NCBI RefSeq assembly: GCF_009914755.1
Contig: NC_060935.1
Reading direction: 5' to 3' (one strand)
DNA: 64,000 nucleotides
From: the human T2T-CHM13v2.0 reference genome, Homo sapiens
The translations under genes and the position numbers were made by a program. The notes under the pieces are model-generated. The model had not been told where the DNA came from. It saw only the letters and a program-made list of their open reading frames with translations, and did no database searches. Positions 28,651-42,420 of the stretch are shown one piece after another (within the stretch, counting starts at the first letter, position 1; each line of letters starts with the position of its first letter).

Positions 28651-28789
28651 TATTGACAACAACGAAAAAGACAATAAAATAGCTGGAGTCTTGGAATCTG
28701 ACATAAAATCAATCCTGGTTATTTTTTTAAAAATGCACAGCTTTTCTCTTTTGTAGTCATGCTTCCCATCAACTAACAAGAGAGCTGCC

Positions 28790-30910
28790 TATATTTAGTC
28801 TTCTTTTCCTCACCTCCTTATTCCACTCAATTTAGATTTTCTTCCCCATCATTCCATTGAAAGTGATCTTATCAAGGTCACCAATGACTACCTTTCTAAA
28901 TACAAAATTCAAATATCTGTTCTTATCACCCTTGAACTCATGTCTCTGACACTGTTGACAACTTTCTTTCAACTCAAAATCATTTTTTGGCATATGTAAA
29001 ATCACAGTCTTCTTTTACTTCCTACTGTACTAATGACTCATCATTTTCCTTTCCTAGCCTCTCCCCCTTTTTCAGTTCTTTAAATGCCTATGTGTCTCAG
29101 GGAACAGCTTACATCTATCTTTTTATCACCAGCAATACTCTAGTCTAGATGACATTATTCAGACCCTTGGTTTACAATACACTCTACACTATTGATTTCT
29201 TAAAATATATTTCTGAACTCCAGACTATTTTTCTCTCACTGCTCACTGTCAGTATTTGAGTATCTAATGAGTGTTTCAAGCATTACATGGCTGAATGGAA
29301 TTTTTTATTTCCCCCTTAAAATTAGTCTTCCCCAGCCTACCACAGTTTATGATGGTGTCACCATTCATACAATTGCAGAGGACAAGGACCTAGGGAGTAT
29401 TCTTGATTTCTCTGTTTTTCATAGTCTTCTTTTCCAAATGGAGTTGTCTATCTCCAAAGTTTATTCCAAATTCAATCATCTCTCAAAACCTCCACCACTG
29501 TTATTCTAGTCCTATTTCCTGCCTGGACAACTATAATAGACTCCTAATTACCTCCTTGCTACAGCTCTTTCCCCTTCATAGCCTATTCTGTACAAAGAAA
29601 ACCTAGTAGTAATATTTTTGAAATCATGAGCAAGGCGATGCATACAATTACACATAGAATCTTTTAAAAAATGTCTTCTTAATGACAGCAAGCCATACAT
29701 GATGTCAACTTATCTTTCTGATCTTATTTATCACTTTTCCTATCATTCTTTAAGCCTTACATACATTGGCCTACTTCCGTTATTAAAATAAACCAGGCTT
29801 ATCTTTGTCTCAGAACTATCATGTTTGCTATTTTCACTACTTGGATTCTTTTCCATAGATATTTTATATAGCTAGTTCTTTTCTAACATTCAGATCTCTA
29901 CTCAAATATCGTTTCCCTAGAAAGAATTTGTAGGCCATTCTCTCTAAATCCACATCCTCACAAACATCTTATTGCATAATTTTCTATTCCATGTTGAGAA
30001 AATATAATTATAAACAAAATCTCCTTCAAGCCCAGAAGTCTCTCCTCCACCACAAAGGTGGAAGAGAAGAAACACAAATTTATTGTTTAATAAGAATTAA
30101 AACAGTACGTGACACAAATCACAAGCAATCCACTAAGAGACTGCAAAGACAGAAGTCTCACTTTTTTACATAGAGAAGCATATACAACCCATTACAAATG
30201 TATTCTCAAGATAAACAATAGCTAGCCTCACATAAGAGGACTTGACAGCACTGTTTGTCACACATAGTTCAGCATAAATTCACTTCATAGAGTGTCTTTC
30301 TGTGTTAACTAATTACTTTCATCTGACAGAAAAATAAACCTCTTACATGTTTGTTACAACACTTAGTTTTGCAACTTGGAGAAAGGCACCCACTGATGTT
30401 AGTCTCTTGCCCTTTCATAGAAACAGGAGGAAAAGAGGAGGTAAGGTGCTATCTTTGTTGATTACATTTCAATTACATAGTTTCCCAGTCCTTGGGAAAG
30501 ATATCTCTGGGTCTAAAAGCTGTCAAGAGGCTATTTAACTTTCAAAAAGATTTATGTACATTTCAAAGAGATACAAAAAAAACTTAAAATGATCAGTTTT
30601 CTAAAATAAATGCTCTCAGAAAAGAGAATGGAGGATATACCTCTTCCTTTATTTCCAGTAAGAAGAACTAAGCTGCTTATGTTTAATTTGTATTAGTCCT
30701 TACACTCCTTACTATTGTTATTTTTTTAAATCCTGATCAGTAAATACAAATATATTATTTCTAGATTTGTCTTTCTGGGTATTAAATTTTCATTAGAATT
30801 CAACTTTCATGAAAACAGAGAATTTCTCTTCCAAGTTTATAATTGTATTTTGATTGCCTAGAAGAATTTTGGAGCCATAATAGGTACACAATAAATAGTT
30901 TTAGAATTAA
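28790..30910 (+). mobile_element. L2 (L2a-like) 3' portion, interrupted by an LTR
   Basis: tcttatcaaggtcaccaatgac, tgacactgttgac, and L2 3' end taggtacacaataaatagtt. Confidence 0.75.
29992..30704 (-). mobile_element. ERV1-class solo LTR (family uncertain)
   Basis: TG...CA termini, about 710 bp, splits the L2; minus strand starts tgtaaggactaatacaaattaaa. Confidence 0.65.
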
Positions 30911-31039
30911 AAATTTAATATTGTTATTATTCAATAATATTTAATATTATTTAATAATAGTACTATTTAGCATTACTTAGTATTATGCAGGACAAATGCT
31001 ATATAAACAAAAATAAGTTAGAAAGAAATGCAGCAAATC

Positions 31040-31218
31040 TTTTGGTTTTTTTGTCATTGCTTTTTGTTTTAGAAACAGAATCTTACTCTGTCACCCAGGT
31101 TAGAGTACCATAACATAATCATAGCTCACTGTATCCTCAAACTCCTGAACCCAAATGATCTTCCCACCTCAGCCTCCCAAAGTGCTAAGATAACAAGTGT
31201 GGGCCACTATGCCTGGCC
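31040..31218 (-). mobile_element. FRAM/FAM Alu monomer
   Basis: Single antisense right-arm-type monomer with T-rich tail. Confidence 0.8.
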
Positions 31219-31226
31219 TTAAAATG

Positions 31227-32537
31227 TTTTCTCGTGCCGTGGTTTTCAGCTCCATCAGGTCCTTTAAGGACTTCTCTGCATTGGTTATTCTAGTTTGCCA
31301 TTCATCTAATTTTTTTTTGAGGTTTTTAACTTCTTTGCCATGGGTTCGAAGTTCCTCCTTTAGCTTGGAGTAGTTGATCATCTGAAGCCTTCTTCTCTCA
31401 ACTCGTCAAAGTCATTCTCCATCCAGCTTTGTTCCATTGCTGGTGAGGAGCTGCATTCCTTTGGAGGATGAGAAGCGCTCTAATTTTTAGAGTTTCCAGT
31501 TTTTCTGCTCTGTTTTTTTCCCCATCTTTGTGTTTTTATCTACCTTTGGTCTTTGATGATGGTGACATACAGATGGGGTTTTGGTGTGGATGTCCTTTCT
31601 GTTTGTTAGTTTTCCTTCTAACAATCAGGACCCTCAGCTGTAGGTCTGTTGGAGTTTGCTGGAGGTCCACTCCAGATCCTATTTGCCTGGGTATCAGCAG
31701 CGGAGGCTGCAGAACAGTGGATATTGGTGAACAGCAAATGTTGCTGCCTGATCGTTCCGCTGGAAGTTTTGTCTCAGAGGAGTACCCGGCCGTGTGAGGT
31801 GTCAGTCTGCCCCTACCGGGGGGTGCCTCCCAGTTAGGCTACTCGGGGGTCAGGGACCCACTTGAGGAGGCAGTCTCCAGCAGTGTGCTGGGAGAACCAC
31901 TACTCTCTTCAAAGCTGTCAGACAGGGACATTTAAGTCTGCAGAGGTTTCTGCTGCCTTTTGTTTGGCTATGCCCTGCCTCCAGAGGTGGAGTCTACAGA
32001 GGCAGGCAGTCCTCCTTGAGTTGCAGTGGGCTCCACCCAGTTCGAGCTTCCTGGCCACTTTGTTTACCTACTCAAGCCTCAGTAATGGCGGGCACCCCTC
32101 CCCCAGCCTCGCTGCCGCCTTGCAGTTTTTTCTCAGACTGCTGTGCTAGCAGTGAGCGAGGCTCCCCGGGCATAGGACCCTCTGAGCCATGTGCAAGATA
32201 TAATCTCCTGGTGTGCCCTTTGCTAAGACCGTTGGAAAAGCGCAGTATTAGGGTGGGAGTGACCCAATTTTCCAGGTGCCGTCTGTCACCCCTTTCTTTG
32301 ACTAGGAAAGGGAATTCCCTGACCCCTTGCGTTTCCCAGGTGAGATGATGCCTCACCCTGCTTTGGCTCATGCTTGGTGCGCTGAGCCCACTGTCCTGCA
32401 CCCACTGTCCAACACTCCCCAGTGAGATGAACCCGGTACCTCAGCTGGAAATGCAGAAATTACCCGTCTTCTGCGTTGCTCACGCTGGGAGCTGTAGACT
32501 GGAGCTGTTCCTATTCAGCCATCTTGGCTCCACCCCA
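31227..32537 (-). mobile_element. L1PA (about PA4-6) 5'UTR plus first ~100 codons of ORF1; 3' part missing
   Basis: Minus strand ggggtggagccaagatggctgaataggaacagctcc; ORF1 breaks off at ELKTTARE. Confidence 0.95.
32085..32348 (+). CDS. ORF0: Open L1 ORF0-type reading frame (87 aa); expression unknown
   Basis: MAGTPPPASLPPCSFFSDCCASSERG...RVGVTQFSRCRLSPLSLTRKGNSLTPCVSQVR*; ATG context gtaATGg. Confidence 0.5.
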   Translation: MAGTPPPASLPPCSFFSDCCASSERGSPGIGPSEPCARYNLLVCPLLRPLEKRSIRVGVTQFSRCRLSPLSLTRKGNSLTPCVSQVR

Positions 32538-32539
32538 AA

Positions 32540-33610
32540 AAGATAGAGTTTCTATATGGCCCCTGACCACACACATGCACATACTCCCCCACTATCAACA
32601 TTCTGCATAAGAATCATATGTTCGTTACAATCCATGAATCTACAGTGACACAAAATTAATACTTAAAGGTCATAGTTTACATATTTGCCTAGGATATATT
32701 TGCATAGTTTCCATTAGGGTTCACTGTTGGTAGTGTACTCATTTCATGGGTTTTGACAAATGTATAATGACATTATCCATCATTGTAGTATCAGACAATA
32801 TTTCACTTCCCTGAAAATACACTTTTCTCTGCTGTATTAGTCTGTTTTCACACTGCTATAAAGAACTACCTGAGAATGGGTAATTTATAAAGAAAAGAGG
32901 TTTAATTGATTCACAGTTCTGCATGGCTGGGGAGGCCTCAGGAAACTTACAATCATGGCGGAAGGCAAAGGGGAAGCAAGGCACATCTTATATGGTGGCA
33001 GGAGAGGGAGGGAGCGAAGAAAGCCACACACTTTTAAACCATCAGCTGTTTTGAGAGCTAACTCACTATCACAAGAACAGAATAGGGAAAATCTGCCCCG
33101 ATGATCTAATCATCTCCCACCAAGTCTCTCCCTCAACATGTGGGGATTACAATTTGAGATGAGATTTAGTTGGGGACAGAGAGCCCAAAGCATCTCATCT
33201 GCCTTTGCATCCCTCCCTCTTCCTAACCCCTGGAAGCTACTGATCTTCTTTACTTCATAGTTTTGCCTTTTGCAGAATGTCATAGTTGGAATTACACAGT
33301 CTATAGTAGTTGCAGTTTGGTTTCTTTCACTGAGTGATAAGCCATCAAGTTTCCTCCAGTTCTTTTCTTGGCTTGATAGCTTTCTTGCTACTGCTAAATA
33401 ATATTCCATTGTCTGAATGTACTACAATTTATTTATCCACTCACCAACTAAAGGACACTTTAGCAATTATGAATAAAGCTTCTAGAAACATTCTAATGCA
33501 TGTTTTCTGTGGACATACGTTTTCAATTTATTTGGATGAATTCCAAGGAGTATGATTGCTGAAGTGTATTTTTTTAAATACTGCCAAAATGTTTTCCAAA
33601 GTGGTTATAT
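32540..33610 (-). mobile_element. L1MC-type 3' region, resumes at 40211-40326
   Basis: cccccactatcaacatt...catagtttccattagggttcac...ttttgccttttgcagaatgtcatagttggaat. Confidence 0.8.
32833..33197 (-). mobile_element. THE1D/MSTA-like solo LTR
   Basis: tgtattagtctgttttcacactgctataaag...catctca; exact 5-bp TSD tctgc. Confidence 0.93.
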
Positions 33611-33624
33611 CTTTTTTTTTTTTT

Positions 33625-36600
33625 AACATGGCATAGCAGACTAGGGACATACATACTAGTTCTCCTCAGAAATTAGATCAAAGATACCAGTGCATGGCCA
33701 AGTTTTAAACAGAAAATGGAGAGAAGAGAGCCAGGATCCATCAGAGCACCAATGGAAAGAAGCTGGGGTATAGAAAAAAAAGCAGCAAAAGTCTAGACTG
33801 ACCCCTAATACACTCAAAGCCCAGCAGAAAGGGTAGGTGGGAGTGCTTCTCCCCTCCCGGAACCCTCTGCCAAGCTGCTGACTACTAAACTGTTGGGTGC
33901 CCCTCTGCCCTTGCAATCCATGGTAGCACTATCAGTAGCAATCAGAGAACTTCTCCTAAACAGAGAACTGAGTGGTCAGCTTGTGCAGCCATGCCACATA
34001 CCCCTCAGACCCAAGCTAAGAGGGTGGGCACCATACCAGTTGGGTAACCGTGGTGCAACTCTCCTTCCTGGGGATCCTCTGCTCTTGAACTACTGCACCA
34101 CCGGAACACTCACAAACATACCCCACAACCCACTCTGATTTTGGCAAGCATAGGGAACTGGTGGAGCCCAGGAAGTTGTGAGTCTCCTGGAGATCTAACC
34201 CTTGGTGAAGAACACGGCCTGGCAAAGCCCCTCCGGGGGCAAAGGAAATGCAGGTGAGGCACCAACTGCAAAAGGGGTCCCATCGATGACTAGGAAGTGA
34301 TGTGGAGATTGGGTAATATTTTGTCCCCCACCTCTCCATACACTGTGTCAGATGCAGTAGTAGTTCTTCCTATCAGGGCCTGGTGAGTGAGCAATTAAAG
34401 AAATCATTTATCTCATTTTTCCGGTGGCTCCATCCTCAAAGAAAGTGAGCACACACTGAAAAAAGTGCTTCTCATGCTTTTCCAGAGAGTTGAAAACAAA
34501 GGATGGCACCCAACTACCCCTCCCTACACAGAGTTCTAGCACCCCTGCAAGGGAGGACAGAGTGCGAAGTTACCTGCCCTGGACAGGGAAAAGTGGCTCT
34601 GCCACCAACCCCATTCTAGTGATAGCCATAAGGTAGACGCTCCTTTGCCCACAGCCAAGCTGCAGCTGGGAACCAAAGATGAAGGCTTCATAAACAGAAG
34701 ACTGCGAACCCCATGACAGGGGTGTAATAGGGAAGCTTATTGTTCTCTTGCTAGCTCAAGATGAGGAACTTGTTCATACCTCCCCAGGTTCTTCCCCCTG
34801 TGCTTCAGTGCACCACATCAACATCTCTTCTTGCTACCTCCATCAGAGCATGTATGTAGGGCATCAGCTCATTCACTGGCTCTTACTCTTAAGCACCATC
34901 TACAGGACTTCAGCATGAATTGCACCACCAAACCAAAAAAAAAAAAAATTACATCAACAAGCAGGATCTGAGAATGTCACCGCAAAGAACCTATTTGCAA
35001 ACAAGGAACCCCTTCCGAGCTTTGGTCCTCTGAAAGCACCCAAAACCAAAGCCATTCAATTATACACAACATACACCACAGTCAAACCCTCAAGGGAAAA
35101 AAAGAATAAAAAAATTAAAACCCCATCCAAATGATAGAAAACTCAAAAAAAGAAGCAAGAGATCCCTTAGATAAGTAGAAATTATAGCAAGAACTCTGGC
35201 AGCTTAAAAAGCTAGAGTGTTTTGTCACCTCCAAAAGATTGTATATACTCCTTAGCAATGGGTCCTAACCAGATTGCAATGTCCGAAATTGTTGCTAGAG
35301 AGTTAAATATATGAATGGCGAGGTAACTCAGTGAAATTGAGGAGAAAGCTGAAATCCAAAACAAAGAGACAAACAAGCACAGAAAAAGGTTCAAGATACG
35401 AAAGATGGCATGGCTAAACAAAAAAGAACAAAAAAGAACTGTTGGAATTGAAAAATTCACTACGGGAATTTCAAAATGCAGTTGGAAGCCTAAACAATAG
35501 GCTAGACAAAGAAAGAGAAAGGCTTTTACAGCAAGAAAACTGTTCCTTTGAACCAAACCAGTGAGACAAATTTTTTTAAATAACTTTAAAAACTGAACAA
35601 AGATTTTGAGGAACATTGGATTATGTAATATGGCAAAACCTATGACTTATTGGCATTCCTGAGAGAGAAGAAGAAAAAGTAGACAACTTGGAAAATATAT
35701 TCAAGAGTTTAATTCAGGAAAATTTCCCCAATTTTGCTAGAGGTCAACATGCAGACCCAAGAAATTCAGAAACTCCTGTAAGAAACTATACAAGATGACC
35801 ATCCCCAAAGCATATAGTTATCCAACTATCCAAAATCAACAAGAAATAAAAAATTTTAAAGGCAGCTGGAGAAAAGGGTCAAATTACTTAAAAAAGGATT
35901 TTCCTAAGATTGACAGTGGCTTTCTTAGCAGAAACCTTACAAGCCAGAAGAGACTGAGGGTCTATTTTTTAGCATTCCTAAAGAAAAAAATTCCATCCAA
36001 TAATTTCATTTCCTACAAAGCTAAGTTTCACAAACAAGGAGAAATAAAGTATTTTGAGACCAGCAAAGACTAAGGGAAATTGTCACCACCAGCCTGGACC
36101 TCTAAGAAATGTTTAATGGAGTTCTAAACATGGCAACAAAATAATGATACTTGCCACTACAAAAGCACGTGTAAGTACAAAGCCCACAGACCATATAAAG
36201 CAAATACAAATCAAGACTGCAAAGCAACCAGCTAAAAACACCAAGACAGGAACAAAACCCCCCATATCAATATTAACCTTCAATGTAAATAACCTATATG
36301 CTCCACTTAAAAGACTTAGAGGGGCAAATTGGATTAGAAAAAAATAACTCAACCTTCTGCTGTCTTCAAGAGATGCTCTCATCTTTAATGGCATGCATAG
36401 GCTCAAAGTAAAGGGATGAGTGAACATCTATAATGCCAATGAAAAACAAATAAAGCAGGGATTGCTATTTTTATATCAGATAAGACAGACTGTTTGCCAA
36501 TAACAGTAAAAAAAAAAAAAAAGACAGGGCAAAAAAGGGACTACATAATGATCAAGCTTTCAATTCATCAAGAAGATTTTACTATCCCAATTATACATAC

Positions 36601-39600
36601 ACCCAACATTGGAGCACCTAGATTTATAAAACAATTACTATAAAACCTATGTACAGAGTTAGTCAGCTACACAATAATAGTGGGGGTCTTCAGCACCCCA
36701 CACACAACATTTAGACAAAACATTAAGGCTCAAAACTAACAAATTCAAGACTAAAATTGGACACCTGGCCAAGTGGAGCTAATAGACACCTTTACAATAT
36801 TCCACCAACAACCACAGAATATACATTCTTCTCAACTACACAAGGATATACTCTTAAGATTGATTACATGCTCTGTCATAAAGCAATTCTTAATAAAGTC
36901 AAAAAATTCAAAATCATACTACACATCTTCTCAGAAGACAGTGGAATAAAATTTAAAGTCAATACCAGCAGGAACTCTTAAAACCTGACAAATACATGGA
37001 AACTAAACCACTTGCCCCTTAATGATTTTGGGGTGAATAGCCAAATTAGGGCAACAATTTTAAAAATGTCCTTGAAACAAATGGAAATAGAGGCATCACA
37101 TGCCACGATCTCTGGGATACAGAAAAAGCAGTGTTAAGAGGAAATTGTATAGTACTAAATGTCTACACCAAGAAGTTAAAAATATCTCAAATTAACAACT
37201 CAACGTCACCCCTAAAGGAACTAGGAAAACAAGGACAAACGAAACTCAGACCTAGTAGAATAAAAGAAATAACTAAAATCATAGCAGAACTAAATTAAAT
37301 TGAGAACAAAAACCATACAAAGAATCAATTTTTAAAAAGTTGATTATTTGAAAAGATAAAGAAGACTGATAGACTGCTAGCCAGACTAATAAAGACAAAA
37401 TATCAAAATTAGCACAATTAAAAAAGACAAAAGTGACATTACAACTGATCCTACAGAAATGCAAAAGATCTTCAGAAACTACTCTGACCATCTCTATTTG
37501 TACAAACTAAAAAATCCAGAAGAAATTTTTAATTTTCTGGACCCATACAACCTCCCAAGATTAAACAGAAAGAAATTGAAATCCTGTACAGTCCAATAAT
37601 GAGTTACAAAATTGAATCTGTAATTTAAAAAAAACATACCTACCAAAACAAAACAAAACCTTACAGTAGATGGATTTTGATTCATAGCCAAATTTTATCA
37701 GACATACAAAGAAAAGCTGTGCCAAGAGTCATTCCTCTCTAACTCTTTCTGCAAAACCAGTATTATACTAATACCAAAACCTGGCAAGGACACAACATAA
37801 AAAGAAAAATGTAAGCCAATATTCCTGATGAACATAGATGCAAAAATCTTCCACAAAATACTAACAAACTGTATAAAGCACCATATCAAAAAAAATTATT
37901 CATCATGGTCAAGTGGACTTTATTCCTGGAATGCAAGGATGGTTCAACATACATAAATCAATAAATGTGATTCACCACATAAACAGAATTAAAAACAACA
38001 ACCATGTGATCATCTCAATAGATGCAGAAAAGGCATTCCATAAAATCTAACATATCTAATCTATCTTCATAATAAAAACCCTTAACAGAGTATGCATTGA
38101 AGGAACATAACTCAAAATAATAAGAGCTATCCATGACAAACCCACAGCCAACATTATACCAAACAGGCAAAAGTTGGCAGCATTCCCCCTGAAAACTAGC
38201 ACTTCTCACTTCTACTAGTGAGAGTGGACATCCTTGTCTTGTGCCAGAGACAAGGCACAACAAATCTGAACCAGGGCAATCAGGCAAGCAAAAGAAATAA
38301 AAGGTATCCAAATAGGAAAAGAGGAAGTCAAATTACTTCTCTTTGCTGACAATATGATTCTATACTGAGAAAACGTTAAAGATTCTTCCAAAAGACTCCT
38401 AGACCTGATAAGCAACTTCAGTAAAGTTTCAGAATACCAAATCAATATACTAAAAGTAGTAGCATTTCTATACACCAATATAACATTCATGCTGAGAGCC
38501 AAATCAATAATTCAATCCCATTTACAGTAGCCACAACAAAATAAAGGACCTAGGAATACATCCAACCAAGGAGGTGAAAGAGCTCTAGAAGAACTGTTAA
38601 CAAAGCACTGCTGAAAGAAATCATAGATTACACAAACAAATGCCAAGAATCAATATGGTTAAAATGTCCATACTGCTCAAAGCAATCTACAGATTCAATA
38701 TTATTCCTGTCCAATAACCAATGTTATTTTTCACAAAATTAGAAAAAACAATTCTAAAATCCATGTGGAACCAAAAAGATCCCAAATAGCTCATGCAATC
38801 CTAAGCAAAAGTTATAAAGCTGGAGACATTATATTATCTGGCTTCAAACTATACTACAAGGCTAGTAACTAAAAGAGCATGGAAGCGGTACAAAAATAAA
38901 CACATTGACCAATGGAACAGAATAGGAAATCCAGAAATGAAGAACAGGAAAATGACACCCTATGCAATACAATGTTCTGGGAAAACTGGTTAACCATATG
39001 CAGAAGAATGAAATTGAACCCCTACTTCTCATCACAGACAAAAATGAACTCAAGACAAAGACTTCAAAGTAAAATGTCAAACTATAAAAGTCCTAGAAGA
39101 AAACTTTGGAAAAACTTCTTTGGACATTGGCCTAGGCAAAGAATTTATGACTAAGACCTCAAAAGCAAATGCACCAAAACAAAAATTGACAAGTCAGACC
39201 TAATTAAACTAAAGAGCTTCTGCACAGCAAAAGATGCTCTTACTATCTAGAGTAAACAGACAACTTAGAGAAGGGGAGAAAATATTTGCAAACTATATAT
39301 CCAACAGAGAACTAACAAACAGAACCTATAAGAAACATTAACCAATCAGCATGAAAAAAAAAACCCCATTAAAAAGTGGGCAAAGAACATGAACAGACAC
39401 TTCTCAAAAAAAGACATACAAGCAGCCAGTAAGCATATGAAAAAATGCCAAACATCACTAAACACCAGAGAAATGCAAATCAAAACTACAATGATATATT
39501 ATCTTACTTCAGTCAGAATGGCTATTATTAAAAAGTAAAAATTAACAGATGCTGGCAAGGATGTGGAGAAAAGTGAACACTTATACACTGTTAGTGAGAA

Positions 39601-40205
39601 TGTCAATTATTTTAGCCTCTGGGGAAAACAACATGGAGATTTCTCAAAGAAATAAAAATGGAATGACCATTTGACCCAGCAATCCAATTAGTGGGTATCT
39701 ACCCAAACAAAAATAAATCATTCTACCAAAAAGACACCAGTGCTTTTATGTTGTCACAGCACTATTCACAATAACAAAGACAAGGAACCAACCTAGATGC
39801 CCATCAATGGTGGATTGGATTAAAAAATTGTGGTACATATACATAATGGAATACTACCCAGCCATAAAAAAAAATGAAATCTTGTCCTTTGCAACAACCT
39901 GGATGCAGCTAGGCCATTGTCCTAACTGAAGTAATGCAGAAACAGAAAATCAAATACTTCGTCTTCTCACTTATACATGGGAGCTAAACAATAAGTACAC
40001 ACAGACATAAAGATGGAAGCAGTAGGCAGTGGGTATTCTCAAAGCAGGAGGGAGGAAGCAAGGCGAAGTTTTGAAATACTACTATTGAGTACTGTTTTCA
40101 TTATTTGTATGATGGCATCAATAGAAAGCCAAACTCCAGCAATATACATATATCCGTGTAACAAACCTGCAATATACCCCTGAAACTTAAACAAGCAAAC
40201 AAAAA
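33625..40205 (+). mobile_element. Near full-length decayed old primate L1 (L1PA16/17 or L1PB-like) nested in L1MC
   Basis: GC-richer 5'UTR, ORF1 remnants, ORF2 remnants (ISILTFNVNNL, DYMLCHK, gacaatatgattctatac), 3'UTR ending gtaacaaacctgcaatatacccctgaa. Confidence 0.9.
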
Positions 40206-40448
40206 GACTAGACCATTTTGCACTCCTGCCAGCAATAAATGAAAATTTGTGTTGTTCAACCTCCATGCCAGCATTTAGGGTTGTCAGTGTTTTGACTTTT
40301 CACTATTCTAATAAGTGTGTAGTGGAGAATTTAGTGTTGTTCAAAATGAATCTCTATTTTTATTTTATAATAAAAAAATTAAACTGAGTAATTGGATCAT
40401 TGTCTTGGAAAAAGGTGAAGGCAGTATTTGAATCAAAAGTATCTATCT

Positions 40449-40783
<335 letters not shown>

Positions 40784-41930
40784 CTATACCAAATTTTCTT
40801 AACATATTTATTGATTTTTTTTCTTCACATTAATATACTAATGTACTTGTTAAGTGTTTTGTCATGGTTTTATCCTTGGGGACAACATCTGACTGGGTGT
40901 GCAAGTTGATCATTGGGCAGAAGTTTGTTCATGTCTGTTTCTTCAGAATAACAGGAATACATGGTATTCTATACTCAGACTCTGCTCATATAGTTCATGT
41001 TAAAACTCCTATACATTTGGCTCACCAGATACTACTTTCAAAGATGCTTTAAAAGGCTCAAAAGTATAACACCATTTCTTTAACAAGTTATTATGTCTAC
41101 TGCAAGAGCATCAAAAACTGTAGATTTTTTTTTTAATGGAAATGGCAGAACACATGAACTGATCCCATTGGGTGCATATTAAATAAACATGTAAAATATC
41201 CTAAAATAAACATAATTTTAAATTAATGGAATTTTTTTCTGCCTGTCTTAGTTCTGGATGTTCCATGTCTCTCCCTCATTTTATTGTATGACAGAGAAAA
41301 TAAGCATTTATATTTTATTTTCCATTCAAAGTTCACAAAGTTCATTTCAACTTATGTCTCAGGATAAGTTGAAATAATCCCCTATGCATAGTAGTACAAA
41401 ATATTACATTTATTGAGTTTTAATAGTAAACTCACCTAGAGTCAACTGTATAGAAATTTTACTGTTAAAGCAGATCTTTTTCTTTTCCATCTGTCAATCT
41501 AGCTTACTATTTTAGAAAATTGCTGTTAATACCATACTTTTATGGCCCTAATAAAGATTAAAAGTCCTCTTTCATATAGATAAGCCACATAATTTGGGAT
41601 CCTCAAAAACAAGATACGCTTTTTTTGTTCACAGAAGATTTCAAATGATCAAAATTATCTGGAAGTAATTTGGATATCATGAAAAACATAAATTTGAGAG
41701 TAATTAAAATAGTATGACAACCATTGCTTATGAACCCCCTGAAGAGAATTTTTATTGCAAGAAATATATTAGATAACTAACTTTTTAAAAAGTTTAAATT
41801 GTAGAATTATATTATCTTGAAGGACCAGGATCCTAGAATTTTGGTACAGAATAAAGGAGTTATTTATTTGAATAAAATTGGAGTCTGGATCAATCAGAAT
41901 GGTTGTGTCTGCGAGTAACAAAAATTCAAC

Positions 41931-42420
41931 TGTGTTGAACTGTGTCCCTCCAAATAGATATGTCTAACTCTTTTCCCCCAATTTCTGTGAAGGTGACCTT
42001 ATTTGGAAATAGGATTTTAGCAGATAGAATTAAATTAGAAATCTCTAGGTGATATTACTCTGGATTTAGGGTGAGACCTAAGTCCAATGACTAATGTTTT
42101 TATAAGAGAGAGAAGAGAGAGATTTGACACACAGAGGAACAGCTGAGAGAAGGACATGAGAAGTCTCAGTTAGAGACTGGTGTGATGTGTCTACATACTG
42201 ATGAATGCCAAGCATTGCTGGCAGCTAACGAGAAGCTAGGAGATAAGCATGGAACAGATTCTTTCACAGAGTCTCCAGAAAGAAGCAACTTTGCAAATAC
42301 CTTGATGTCAAACTTCTGGCCTCCAGAGCTGTGAGGGAATATATTTCTGTTGTTTGAAGCCATCAGGTTTGTTATAAGGTTCGTTATAATTTGTTACCTA
42401 AGCCCCTGGAAACTAATAGG
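41931..42420 (+). mobile_element. MLT1 (MLT1C-like) LTR, probably nested in an older MLT1
   Basis: gtgaccttatttggaaatagg...ttctggcctccagagctgtgag...ggaaactaata. Confidence 0.85.
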
